Source of the DNA: an uncultured Candidatus Peribacteria bacterium
Lineage (GTDB): Bacteria; Patescibacteriota; Gracilibacteria; UBA1369; UBA12473
NCBI GenBank assembly: GCA_964491515.1
Contig: CAZBGQ010000002.1
Location: 14,329 to 78,328, forward strand
DNA: 64,000 bases
Direction: 5' to 3'
Part shown: positions 35,879-45,086 of the stretch, piece by piece
How positions within the stretch are numbered: position 1 is the stretch's first letter
How the letters are laid out: every line of letters begins with the position of its first letter
Notes under the pieces: model-generated
Told to the model about the DNA's origin: nothing
The model's input: only the letters and a program-made list of their open reading frames with translations
Databases searched by the model: none
Program-made: the position numbers and the translations under genes

Positions 35879-36634
35879 ATGTCAACAATCTGGATCTACG
35901 CCATAGGAAGCACCCTTCTTGTCAGCCTCGCAGCGCTGATAGGCATCATCACGCTCTACGTTCGAATCAAGCAACTAGAAAAGATCTTACTTCTACTTGT
36001 AAGCTTCTCAGCTGGAGCACTCATTGGCGACACCTTCATTCACATCCTTCCCGAAGCAATTGAGAAATTCGGATTCGACTTAACCATTAGCCTCTATATC
36101 CTTGCCGGTATTCTCACTTTTTTCATCCTAGAAAAATTTATCCACTGGCATCACTGCCATAACCCAAGCGACAGTCACCATAAATCAATGGTCCTCACCA
36201 ACCTTGTGGGAGACATGCTACACAACTTCATAGACGGACTATTTATTGCCTCAAGCTATCTCGTCGACATAAAACTAGGAATTGCTACCACCATAGCGGT
36301 ACTACTCCACGAAGTGCCTCAAGAATTAGGAGATTTCGGTGTACTAGTCCATGGAGGCGTTAAAAAAATACGAGCCCTTCAACTCAATTTAGTGGCCGCC
36401 GCATTCGCAATCGCAGGAGCTGTAATTGGACTCCTAGCAGGAGGAGCAAGCGACGAATTCCTGAAATTCATCCTCCCATTCACCGCCGGTGGATTCATTT
36501 ACATTGCTCACACCGACCTATTCCCCGAGCTCCACAAAAGCTCTGAACATGCCAAAGGCTCCCTCATTCAACTTCTCATGATTTTGGCGGGTATTGGAAC
36601 AATGATGTTACTACTCCTTGTTGAGTTTGAGTAA
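35879..36634 (+). CDS. ZIP-family divalent metal transporter
   Basis: HEVPQELGDFGVL signature, a His-rich loop HWHHCHNPSDSHH, and multiple TM segments. Confidence 0.8.
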   Translation: MSTIWIYAIGSTLLVSLAALIGIITLYVRIKQLEKILLLLVSFSAGALIGDTFIHILPEAIEKFGFDLTISLYILAGILTFFILEKFIHWHHCHNPSDSHHKSMVLTNLVGDMLHNFIDGLFIASSYLVDIKLGIATTIAVLLHEVPQELGDFGVLVHGGVKKIRALQLNLVAAAFAIAGAVIGLLAGGASDEFLKFILPFTAGGFIYIAHTDLFPELHKSSEHAKGSLIQLLMILAGIGTMMLLLLVEFE

Positions 36635-36985
36635 CGCTCCCTGCGCAGTCTCCAAACACAAAACCGCACACTTCACTCGAGCGGGACCCAATTCATCGAT
36701 TCCCAAAAACTCAAACATTGATTGATTCGTGAACGCCTTCACCTCATCCAAGGTTTTCCCCTTAAGCTCCTCACATAGCAAACACACTGCTGCCACACTA
36801 ATCGCACATCCCTCTCCTTCCCATGTCACCTTTTCGATCCTATCTCCCTCCAACTTCAAATACAAACGCACATGATCTCCACAAGTCAGATTCACACCTG
36901 AATGAGTTACCGTTGCGTCCTCCAGCTCCCCACGATGAATAGGGTTTTTAGCTAAATCAACAATTTGAGCCTGATATAAATCCAT
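36611..36985 (-). CDS. sufU: SUF-type Fe-S scaffold SufU/IscU-like
   Basis: NPIHRGELEDATVTHSGVNLTCGDHV...GEGCAISVA with three conserved Cys positions. Confidence 0.8.
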   Translation of the reverse strand: MDLYQAQIVDLAKNPIHRGELEDATVTHSGVNLTCGDHVRLYLKLEGDRIEKVTWEGEGCAISVAAVCLLCEELKGKTLDEVKAFTNQSMFEFLGIDELGPARVKCAVLCLETAQGALLKLNKE

Positions 36986-37263
36986 AGTAAACTAAGTCTA
37001 ACTTGCAAACCTTTCAAAAAAAAGATAAAGTCGCTCACCTAATATTAATTATAAACCCATGACAAACCAACAAAACGTATTCGGAGGACGAAGATTCGAA
37101 GATCACGAACTAGAACCCGATGACGAACCAAACGGAACAGAACTCGGAATCGATCCAGACTTCCAAGGTCTAGCTAAAGCAATGGCTAAGTTAGTAAAAG
37201 TTCCCCAAGTTGAAGAATCTAATGAATAAAGAGTACAATAAACGTACTTAACCTTCACTCTTC

Positions 37264-37545
37264 ATGGATCATGTCACCATTATTGGCGCTTCCGGCGCTT
37301 TTTTGATCCTAGTCGCCTTTCTCCTTAATCAAACACATAAATGGAAGGATACTTATTTCATTTACGACTTCACAAATTTAGTGGGCAGTGGCCTCCTCGT
37401 AGCCTACGCCATTTTATTAAATAGCATCCCGTTCCTAATTCTCAATGGAGTATGGGCAATGGTTTCACTTAGAGACGTGATCACCGACATCAATCGAAAT
37501 AGAAAAAAGAAAACAGAGAGTTTCCCCTGTAAATGGCTTCACTAA
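37264..37545 (+). CDS. small membrane protein, function unknown
   Basis: 93 aa with three hydrophobic segments. Confidence 0.4.
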   Translation: MDHVTIIGASGAFLILVAFLLNQTHKWKDTYFIYDFTNLVGSGLLVAYAILLNSIPFLILNGVWAMVSLRDVITDINRNRKKKTESFPCKWLH

Positions 37546-37588
37546 TACAAGCCACCTACAAAGAATGGACAATAAAGATAGTGAGCTA

Positions 37589-37597
37589 TGATAAAAT
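37589..37597 (+). promoter_or_regulatory. extended -10 (TGaTAAAAT), 6 nt before the ATG (leaderless candidate)
   Basis: Read directly. The -10 ends at 37597 and the ATG is at 37604. Confidence 0.4.
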
Positions 37598-37603
37598 AAG
37601 TTC

Positions 37604-38302
37604 ATGTCTTTACGTAAACTTAAAAACACCCTAAAAACATTAGCCAATCCAGCTAAGCGTGACCTTCACCAACGCTTTTTCAAAACCGGCCCCGGACAGT
37701 ATGGCGAAGGCGATCAATTCTTAGGCATCACCGTTCCCGAATTAAGGAAACTAGCCAAACAACACAAAACACTCCCCCTCTCAGACCTTCGAACACTCCT
37801 TAAATCCACACTTCACGAAGAACGCATGATCGCGCTCTATATACTTATCATTCAATACGAAAAAACTGACAACAAAAAGCTCATTTTTGATTTCTACATC
37901 AAGCACCGAAAAGGCATCAACAACTGGGACTTAATAGACACCTCAACTCCCAATATAATGGGAGATTATTTACTCGAGAAAGATAAAACACTCCTATACA
38001 AATGGGCCAAAAGTGGAACCCTATGGGAACGTCGCATGTCCATCATGGCAACCTTCACCTTCATCAAGAATAGGAAGTTCGAAGACGCACTCGCCATTGC
38101 AGACATCCTACTCAATGATTCACATGACCTCATACACAAAGCCGTGGGATGGATGCTCCGAGAAATTGGAAACCGCGATTTACCAACAGAGGAGAAATTT
38201 CTCAAACCACGCTACAAATCCATGCCCCGCACGATGCTTCGCTATTCCATAGAAAAATTCCCTGGACCCAAACGAAAAGCTTATTTAAAGGGAGAAATCT
38301 AA
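37604..38302 (+). CDS. DNA alkylation repair protein (AlkD-like HEAT-repeat family)
   Basis: NPAKRDLHQRFFKTGPGQYGEGDQFLGITVPELRKLAK and NNWDL.D, AVGWMLREIG blocks typical of this family. Confidence 0.75.
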   Translation: MSLRKLKNTLKTLANPAKRDLHQRFFKTGPGQYGEGDQFLGITVPELRKLAKQHKTLPLSDLRTLLKSTLHEERMIALYILIIQYEKTDNKKLIFDFYIKHRKGINNWDLIDTSTPNIMGDYLLEKDKTLLYKWAKSGTLWERRMSIMATFTFIKNRKFEDALAIADILLNDSHDLIHKAVGWMLREIGNRDLPTEEKFLKPRYKSMPRTMLRYSIEKFPGPKRKAYLKGEI

Positions 38303-39495
38303 TTTCCAAACGTTTCTTTCACTTTCTCAAGCCCCTTCACCAATCGATCCACATCGGATTTGTTATTGTAGATTCCAAAACTCGCACGCGTCGTCCCAGC
38401 CACACCCAACGCTTTCATGAGCGGCATCGTACAATGATGACCTGCACGCACACACACTCCAGATGCCCCTAAAATCGCCGATACATCATGAGGATGAACA
38501 CCCTCAACTTCAAACGACAAAACTCCCACCGCGTTCTCTGGCCCCAATAAACTCACCCCTCCCATCGCTTCCATTTTTTCGCGTGCATACAACATAAGCT
38601 CACAATCATGAGCTTGAATCTTATCCATCCCCACTTCATATAAAAATTCAATCGCCGCCCCCATCCCAAGCACCTGCGCAATCGGCGGAGTGCCTGCCTC
38701 AAACTTCCAAGGAATATCATTCCAGGTAGAACCCTCCAAACTAACTTCTCGAATCATGTCGCCGCCGCCCATCCAAGGCTCCATCGCCTCAAGCAATTCG
38801 CGGCGCCCCCACAAAACTCCCGCTCCTGTTGGTCCATAAATCTTATGAGAAGAAAATACCAGGAAATCAATACCCAACTCATTCACATCAATCAAACGAT
38901 GAGCCACCAACTGAGCCGCGTCCACACATACTTTTGCATCCACTTTTCGAGCCAATTCAACCACACGCTTCAAATCAACCAATGTTCCCAACGTATTCGA
39001 CAATCCTGTCACACTCACCATTTTCGTTCGTTCATTCACCAAAGAAGCCATCTCATCATAATTCAAATTCCCCCTCTCCGTAATCGATACAAATTTAAGA
39101 ACAGCCCCTGTTTTCTTAGCCATCATTTGCCATGGAACCAAATTAGCATGATGTTCCAAAACAGTTAAAACAACTTCATCTCCTTCCTTCAAAAACTGCC
39201 CGCCCCACGCTTGTGCCACAATATTAAGAGACTCCGTGGCACCATGAGTGAACACCACTTCCCGCGAATCAGCCGCTCCGATAAACGCCCGCGCTGTCTC
39301 ACGAACCGCTTCATACTCAATCGTGGCCTGCTCAGATAAATCATATAAGCCACGATGCACATTCGCATTCATCTCACGATAATAATGATCCAGTCGAGCC
39401 AAAACCGTATCCACTCGTTGAGTGCTCGAAGCACTGTCTAAATAAACAAGATCAGGTTGATCAACTAACAACGGAAATCGTGATCGAAAATCCAT
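38299..39495 (-). CDS. sufS: cysteine desulfurase SufS
   Basis: FSSHKIYGPTGAGVLWG (PLP lysine) and RAGHHCTMPL (catalytic Cys loop). Confidence 0.92.
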   Translation of the reverse strand: MDFRSRFPLLVDQPDLVYLDSASSTQRVDTVLARLDHYYREMNANVHRGLYDLSEQATIEYEAVRETARAFIGAADSREVVFTHGATESLNIVAQAWGGQFLKEGDEVVLTVLEHHANLVPWQMMAKKTGAVLKFVSITERGNLNYDEMASLVNERTKMVSVTGLSNTLGTLVDLKRVVELARKVDAKVCVDAAQLVAHRLIDVNELGIDFLVFSSHKIYGPTGAGVLWGRRELLEAMEPWMGGGDMIREVSLEGSTWNDIPWKFEAGTPPIAQVLGMGAAIEFLYEVGMDKIQAHDCELMLYAREKMEAMGGVSLLGPENAVGVLSFEVEGVHPHDVSAILGASGVCVRAGHHCTMPLMKALGVAGTTRASFGIYNNKSDVDRLVKGLEKVKETFGN

Positions 39496-40293
39496 TTATA
39501 AATACATTAAAATATTCTTAAAAATTCGTTCTTCCAATCCCGGAGCCTTCATTTTCTGAATAGCGTCCCAAAAAAATCCTTCCATAATCAATTGCACCGC
39601 CTCTTCCTCAGGAATTCCACGCGACGCCAAATAAAACAAGCGCTCTTCATCCACACGCTCCATATAAGCCGCATGCGACGCAGCCACATCATCATGTCCA
39701 ATTTCCAAGCCTGGGACCGCATCAATTTTAGAACCACTACTCAATAACAAATTATGCTCCGTCAAATTCCCATCCGCTCCACTACATCCAGACTCCATTC
39801 GGATATAACCCAAAAACTTCCCATGAGACTGATCCATAACCGCTCCCTTAGAAATCATGTCCGACTTTGTATTTTTACCCACATGCACATGATTCACTCG
39901 CATAGTCTGATCCTGCTTTCCATGCCCAAAAAAAACAAATTGAGAAAAAACTTCCGACCCTCTCCCCACCAATTCAACCGTCACATCCTCAACCGATTTT
40001 CCAGCTCCTAAAATATTCTGATACAAATCCAAACGCGCACTCTCCTTCAAAACAAACTTCTTCTTATCTTCACTCTTTACATCATCTCCATGGTGCTGAT
40101 ACCCAGTCCATTTAACACGTGCATCTTTTCCTATTTCAACCGAAATTTCGCGCACCGGCTCACCCGAAAACACATCAAAATCATCCACAATCGTGACATC
40201 TGCACCTTCTTCAATTTCTAAATTCAAAAAAGGCTGACCTCCCAGCATAAACGTCTCTCCATTCTTAACTATTTTTGATTCAAACTGTTTCAT
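39496..40293 (-). CDS. sufD: Fe-S assembly protein SufD (short form)
   Basis: Beta-helix core with a C-terminal FYLASRGIPEEEAVQLIMEGF block. It sits between sufB and sufS. It is only 265 aa. Confidence 0.75.
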   Translation of the reverse strand: MKQFESKIVKNGETFMLGGQPFLNLEIEEGADVTIVDDFDVFSGEPVREISVEIGKDARVKWTGYQHHGDDVKSEDKKKFVLKESARLDLYQNILGAGKSVEDVTVELVGRGSEVFSQFVFFGHGKQDQTMRVNHVHVGKNTKSDMISKGAVMDQSHGKFLGYIRMESGCSGADGNLTEHNLLLSSGSKIDAVPGLEIGHDDVAASHAAYMERVDEERLFYLASRGIPEEEAVQLIMEGFFWDAIQKMKAPGLEERIFKNILMYL

Positions 40294-40296
40294 AGA

Positions 40297-40330
40297 CTAA
40301 AAACTAACGGCTAAAAACTACCAACTAACC
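40297..40330. repeat. heptamer-periodic TAAAAAC element, copy 3 (sufB-sufD spacer)
   Basis: C TAAAAAC TAACGGC TAAAAAC TACCAAC TAACCAA, written on the + strand. The flanking genes are on the - strand. Confidence 0.65.
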
Positions 40331-41734
40331 AATCGCTCCCTCCATTTCCATTTCAATCAAACGATTCATCTCAACCGCATATTCAAGTGGCAACGCACGA
40401 ACAATCGGATCAATGAATCCATTCACAATCATGGCCAACGCTTCATCCTCAGATAACCCGCGGCTCCTCAAATAGAACAACTGCTCATCCGAAATCTTCC
40501 CAACACTCGCCTCATGCCCAATAGACACATCATCTTCATAAATCTTCATTTCCGGATACGTATCATTCCTCGATTCTCCATCCAAAATCAACGCATCACA
40601 ACGCACATTCGATTTCGCCCCTTTCGCGCCCTTATTAATTTGCAACAGTCCGCGATAGACCGACACTCCTCCTCCTTTTGAAATTCCTTTCGCCAAAATT
40701 GTCGACGTCGTATCAGGAGCCACATGAATCACCTTCGCACCTGTGTCTTGCACTTGTCCCTTATTCGCAAACGCAACACCCAAATGATCCGCACGAGCAC
40801 CACGACCACGCAAAATTGAACAAGGATAGAGCATCGTTGCCCCACTTCCTAAATTCCCACCCACCCACTCCATGATTGCATCTCGATCTACAATCGCACG
40901 TTTAGTATTGAGGTTGTAAGTATCTTGAGACCAGTTTTCAACCGACGAATATCGGAACTTAGCATTGGGTTTTACATACACTTCCACACACCCAGCATGC
41001 AATGAGGTAGACCCATATTTTGGAGCTGAGCACCCTTCAATATAATGAGCATCCGCTCCATCTTCTATAATAATCAACGTGTGTTCAAACTGTCCCATCG
41101 ACTGTGCATTCATTCTAAAATAAGCCTGCAGCGGCGCCGTTACTTTCACTCCCTTAGGCACGTACAAAAACGTCCCACCAGACCACACAGCTCCATGCAA
41201 CGCAGCAAATTTATGATCACTTGATGGCACACATTTCATGAAATACTGCTTCACTAAATCAGGATGCTTTTTGAGCGCCTGATCCATGTCTTCAAAAATA
41301 ACACCTTTAGACTCCCACTCTTCTTTTAACTTATGATACGCATTCACAGAATCATACTGAGCACCGGTTCCCGCCAAAACTTTCCGTTCCGCCTCAGGAA
41401 TACCAAGCCGCTCAAACGTTTTTTTAATATCATCCGGCACATCCTCCCATTTCGTCGCATACCCCGCCATTTCATCCGGAGCCGCATAATAAATAATGTC
41501 ATCGAAATCCAATACCGATAAATCCACTCCCCACGTCGGCAACGCCATATCATTAAATTTTTTAAGCGCGTCCAAACGCAACTCCAACATCCAATCCGGT
41601 TCTTCCTTGATTTTAGAAATTTTCCGAATCAATTCTTCAGATAAACCTTTCTGCGCTTTCTTTGCATAATCCTGTTGATTATGAGAATCAAACACGCTTC
41701 GATCTAAATCTTCAATATAATCTAATGCACCCAT
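40325..41734 (-). CDS. sufB: Fe-S assembly protein SufB
   Basis: 469 aa with a FYLRSRGLSEDEALAMIVNGF C-terminus and the GAKVIHVAPDTTS and NVRCDALILD blocks. Confidence 0.93.
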   Translation of the reverse strand: MGALDYIEDLDRSVFDSHNQQDYAKKAQKGLSEELIRKISKIKEEPDWMLELRLDALKKFNDMALPTWGVDLSVLDFDDIIYYAAPDEMAGYATKWEDVPDDIKKTFERLGIPEAERKVLAGTGAQYDSVNAYHKLKEEWESKGVIFEDMDQALKKHPDLVKQYFMKCVPSSDHKFAALHGAVWSGGTFLYVPKGVKVTAPLQAYFRMNAQSMGQFEHTLIIIEDGADAHYIEGCSAPKYGSTSLHAGCVEVYVKPNAKFRYSSVENWSQDTYNLNTKRAIVDRDAIMEWVGGNLGSGATMLYPCSILRGRGARADHLGVAFANKGQVQDTGAKVIHVAPDTTSTILAKGISKGGGVSVYRGLLQINKGAKGAKSNVRCDALILDGESRNDTYPEMKIYEDDVSIGHEASVGKISDEQLFYLRSRGLSEDEALAMIVNGFIDPIVRALPLEYAVEMNRLIEMEMEGAIG

Positions 41735-41737
41735 TGA

Positions 41738-42553
41738 TTAAGAAGTTATCATTTTAAATCCAGACTCTTTCTTGATCCCCACTTTCTCACGCACATAATC
41801 ATATCCTTCGGCTTCAATCGTTCGAGCCAAATCTGATCCACCAGACATCACAATCTTTCCATCCATCATCACGTGAACATGATCCGGTGCTATATAGTCT
41901 AAAATTCGTTGATAATGCGTGATCATCAAAATCGATTGCTCCGGCTTACGCACTTCCAAAATCGTATTACAAATATCTTTGAGCGCATCAATATCAAGCC
42001 CTGAATCTGTTTCATCCAAAATAGCTAAAATCGGCTCAAGAACCGCCATTTGTAAAATCTCACATTTCTTCTTTTCTCCTCCAGAAAAACCTTCATTGGT
42101 AGCACGCTCCATGAATGAAGCCGGCATACCTACTAAACTCATTTTATCCATCATCATTTTTTTAAACGCAAACAACGTGACCGGTTCAAATTCGTCACCA
42201 GAAACCAATGCTTGCGCTTTTCGCACCGCATTGTACGACGCTCGCATGAATGAAACCAAATTAACTCCGGGAATCTCTTTAGGATACTGAAACGACAAAA
42301 ATAGTCCCAACGTCGCTCGCTTTTCCGGATCCATTTCTAATAAATCTTTTCCTCGAAACATCACCGTCCCCTCCGTAATTTCATACTTTGGGTGACCCAT
42401 AAGCGCCGAGGACAACGTGCTCTTACCTGAGCCATTAGGCCCCATAATCGCATGAATTTCACCCGAATTAATATCAAGATCAATACCATGTAAAATCTCT
42501 GTATCCTCAACACACACTTTAAGCCCACGAATTTTTAATAACATATCAGTCAT
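41738..42553 (-). CDS. sufC: Fe-S assembly ATPase SufC
   Basis: Walker A GPNGSGKST, signature FSGGEKKK and Walker B ILDETDSGLD. Confidence 0.93.
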   Translation of the reverse strand: MTDMLLKIRGLKVCVEDTEILHGIDLDINSGEIHAIMGPNGSGKSTLSSALMGHPKYEITEGTVMFRGKDLLEMDPEKRATLGLFLSFQYPKEIPGVNLVSFMRASYNAVRKAQALVSGDEFEPVTLFAFKKMMMDKMSLVGMPASFMERATNEGFSGGEKKKCEILQMAVLEPILAILDETDSGLDIDALKDICNTILEVRKPEQSILMITHYQRILDYIAPDHVHVMMDGKIVMSGGSDLARTIEAEGYDYVREKVGIKKESGFKMITS

Positions 42554-42993
42554 GATGAAAAAGTTACATTTGGTTGAATAGAAGACCCACCTTTTAACAA
42601 TAAATCTGCCAATGTGTATTTAGTAAGAACCTGATCCATTTGCCCCTGAAGTTCATGCCAAAATCCACGAGCATTACACTGACAAAAACTCTGACAAGCT
42701 TTATCTCCAGACCCACAACGCACGAATGACAAGTCCTCACCCAACGCTTTCAAAACATCACGTATATAAATCTGATTAGGAGCCTTAGCCAAACGATAAC
42801 CACCACGAACACCTTCCTGTGACTCCACCAATCCAGCCTTTCTTAAAGGAATTATGATCTTAGTTAAAAATCGATACGGCAAATGTCGTCGCTCGGCCAC
42901 TTCGCGAAGCGACACATACTCCACTTTCCCACGACTGGCCAAGGCCGTCATTAAGAGCAATCCATAATCAGCTTGTCGAGTGACTTGAAACAT
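42550..42993 (-). CDS. Rrf2-family transcriptional regulator (IscR/SufR-like)
   Basis: TRQADYGLLLMTALA..., the wHTH, and a C-terminal Cys cluster CGSGDKACQSFCQC. It overlaps sufC by 4 nt. Confidence 0.85.
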   Translation of the reverse strand: MFQVTRQADYGLLLMTALASRGKVEYVSLREVAERRHLPYRFLTKIIIPLRKAGLVESQEGVRGGYRLAKAPNQIYIRDVLKALGEDLSFVRCGSGDKACQSFCQCNARGFWHELQGQMDQVLTKYTLADLLLKGGSSIQPNVTFSS

Positions 42994-43116
42994 AAAATTA
43001 AGTTTAAGTTGAGGAAACTACACTAACATGGTGTGAGTTCGAAAAAAAGACGAAAAGGTTCCCCTCATTTTTGCTATTCCATTGCGCCATCTTTTCCAGA
43101 AGAAGAATAACAAAAA

Positions 43117-43125
43117 TGCTATAAT
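43117..43125 (+). promoter_or_regulatory. extended -10 (TGcTATAAT), 6 nt before the ATG (leaderless candidate)
   Basis: Read directly. The -10 ends at 43125 and the ATG is at 43132. Confidence 0.5.
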
Positions 43126-43131
43126 CCCCAC

Positions 43132-43932
43132 ATGACACTTTTTCAACTTCAGCTCATACTTTCTTTCCTTACTGGAGGAATTCTTGTAACCGCACTCACA
43201 CTCATCGCAGAACGTGCTTCCGAACGAACTGCCGGCCTCATCATCACACTCCCCTCTACGGTAGCCATGAGCTTTTTATTCATTGGCTGGACCATCGGAC
43301 CGGATCAAATCCCAAACATTGTCCCCCCGATACCAATTGGCATTGGAGCAGTTTTAATATTTGCCGCCAGCTGGCTTTATCTATCAAAAATTAAAATCCC
43401 GAAAATCCCTTCCATGATCCTCTGTTTTTGCGGCTCACTAGGAATATGGTTCGCACTCATGCTTCCAATCGCATTTTATGGAATCACACTCACCAACTCC
43501 CTAATTGGATTCGCAATTCTCACCCCACTCGCCTACCTTCTGATCACACGCCAACCCCAAAAAGAAAGCACTCTTAAAAAGATCCTTTACTCCCCCCTTC
43601 AACTATTCTTCCGTGCCATCTTCATCGGAGGCATCATTACACTAGCCGTCTACTTAGCCAAAATACTAGGCCCAACATGGGGCGGTGTATTTAGCGCCTT
43701 CCCCGCCGTATTCACCTCAACACTCTTAATTCTTCATTGGCACTACGATTCAGCCTTTCTCTTTAAAACATTCAGGAATGCCCCTCTAGGAAACATCGGA
43801 TTCCTCGCTTTCGGACTCTTATCCATGTGGAGCTTTCCCACATTTGGAGTACTTGGAGGAACCCTCGTCGCCTATTCTGGAAGCGCTCTAATATTTCTCG
43901 TCACCCTGAAATTCCTACCCAAAAAGAACTAA
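43132..43932 (+). CDS. polytopic membrane protein, function unknown
   Basis: 266 aa with about 8 hydrophobic segments. Confidence 0.5.
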   Translation: MTLFQLQLILSFLTGGILVTALTLIAERASERTAGLIITLPSTVAMSFLFIGWTIGPDQIPNIVPPIPIGIGAVLIFAASWLYLSKIKIPKIPSMILCFCGSLGIWFALMLPIAFYGITLTNSLIGFAILTPLAYLLITRQPQKESTLKKILYSPLQLFFRAIFIGGIITLAVYLAKILGPTWGGVFSAFPAVFTSTLLILHWHYDSAFLFKTFRNAPLGNIGFLAFGLLSMWSFPTFGVLGGTLVAYSGSALIFLVTLKFLPKKN

Positions 43933-44414
43933 TCCTGAAGTGTCACATTAATATATCGATGAGCACCTCGATCTTCCACAGACACATTGGCAATCGATTG
44001 GCCCTTAGAATACAAAACTGATTCCACCTGCAGTCCAAAACTCATCCAATCTCTTTTCTTAGAATAACCATCCGCTAAAAACTGTTCATCCATATAAGAT
44101 TTCAAAGCGAAATCTGCCATTTGACTATAAAAAGAAAATCCATAAGTTGATAATTTCTCATTGTTCAAAACAGTAAAAACCAACGCATCCTGCGGTAAAT
44201 CTAAATCCGATTTAGCTTCCACTTCAGCATTCTGCGCTCCCGCCATTTCCACTGCTTCCAAATAACCAGAATCCTCCTTATCCATCCACTCATACCCTGC
44301 CGTATCTACTGACTCAGCTGAATCAACAGAATCAGACACATCCCCTCCTCCACATCCCGACAAAACCAACACAAACAATCCAATCAACAGTCCTAATAAA
44401 GTGATTTTCTTCAT
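43929..44414 (-). CDS. lipoprotein, function unknown
   Basis: Lipobox LVLSGC followed by an acidic mature domain. Confidence 0.5.
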   Translation of the reverse strand: MKKITLLGLLIGLFVLVLSGCGGGDVSDSVDSAESVDTAGYEWMDKEDSGYLEAVEMAGAQNAEVEAKSDLDLPQDALVFTVLNNEKLSTYGFSFYSQMADFALKSYMDEQFLADGYSKKRDWMSFGLQVESVLYSKGQSIANVSVEDRGAHRYINVTLQD

Positions 44415-44650
44415 AATAAATAAGTTATAAATAATAACTCATAGAGTATACAAACCTAAGGGCCAAATTCAAACATCTCCCGCAAACGGGGCAGACGTGA
44501 AAGAAAACGAGAGAGGTTCTGTGAGGATCATGCATCCAAACAGGTTCGCTCCAGAGAGTAAGGGGGAACCTTTAAATCGCCATACGCTTTGACAGAAAAC
44601 CCCCAATCATGCAGAATAAAATAAATTCTTATTTGTAACCTCTCACTATC

Positions 44651-45013
44651 ATGTCAAAAGGAATGAAAGTAACCATCGTCGGCGCAGTCGCCGCGGTACT
44701 CGGACTTTTTCTTCCATGGGCAGAGATCCTCGGACTCTCTTTCAACCTATGGGGAAGCGGTGCTGGTAAAGCAGTTCTAGTTTTAGCCCTCATCGGAATC
44801 TATCTCGCTTTCCAAGGCGAAAAAGGAAAATCCAAAGGGATGAAAATTGGAGCACTTGTATTAGCCGTTCTTGTTCTCCTCCTTACTGGAGGAAACGCTC
44901 CATCTAACGATGGATTCGAAAACATGTACGGTGTATACGTATCTCTCGTTGGCGCACTTGTAATGGTTACTGGAACCATCATGATCCTCAAAGGATGCTG
45001 CAAGAAAAAATAG
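44651..45013 (+). CDS. small membrane protein, function unknown
   Basis: 120 aa with four hydrophobic segments and a C-terminal GCCKKK. Confidence 0.45.
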   Translation: MSKGMKVTIVGAVAAVLGLFLPWAEILGLSFNLWGSGAGKAVLVLALIGIYLAFQGEKGKSKGMKIGALVLAVLVLLLTGGNAPSNDGFENMYGVYVSLVGALVMVTGTIMILKGCCKKK

Positions 45014-45036
45014 TGTGATTCATGTTAACAATAAGA

Positions 45037-45071
45037 AGAGGCCTCCACACTAAGTTGGAAGCCTCTTTTTT
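45037..45071. terminator. rho-independent terminator between convergent genes
   Basis: An 11-bp stem AGAGGCCTCCA/TGGAAGCCTCT with one mismatch and an 8-nt loop, then T6. Confidence 0.65.
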
Positions 45072-45086
45072 CTAAAACAAAATCTC

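Noticed and set aside
37058-37213. A 51-codon acidic sORF (MTNQQNVFGGRRFEDHELEPDDEPNGTELGIDPDFQGLAKAMAKLVKVSPS) in the sufU-37264 spacer.
   Set aside because: It has no promoter or terminator geometry and no recognisable family. It could be real, but the sequence alone does not support it.
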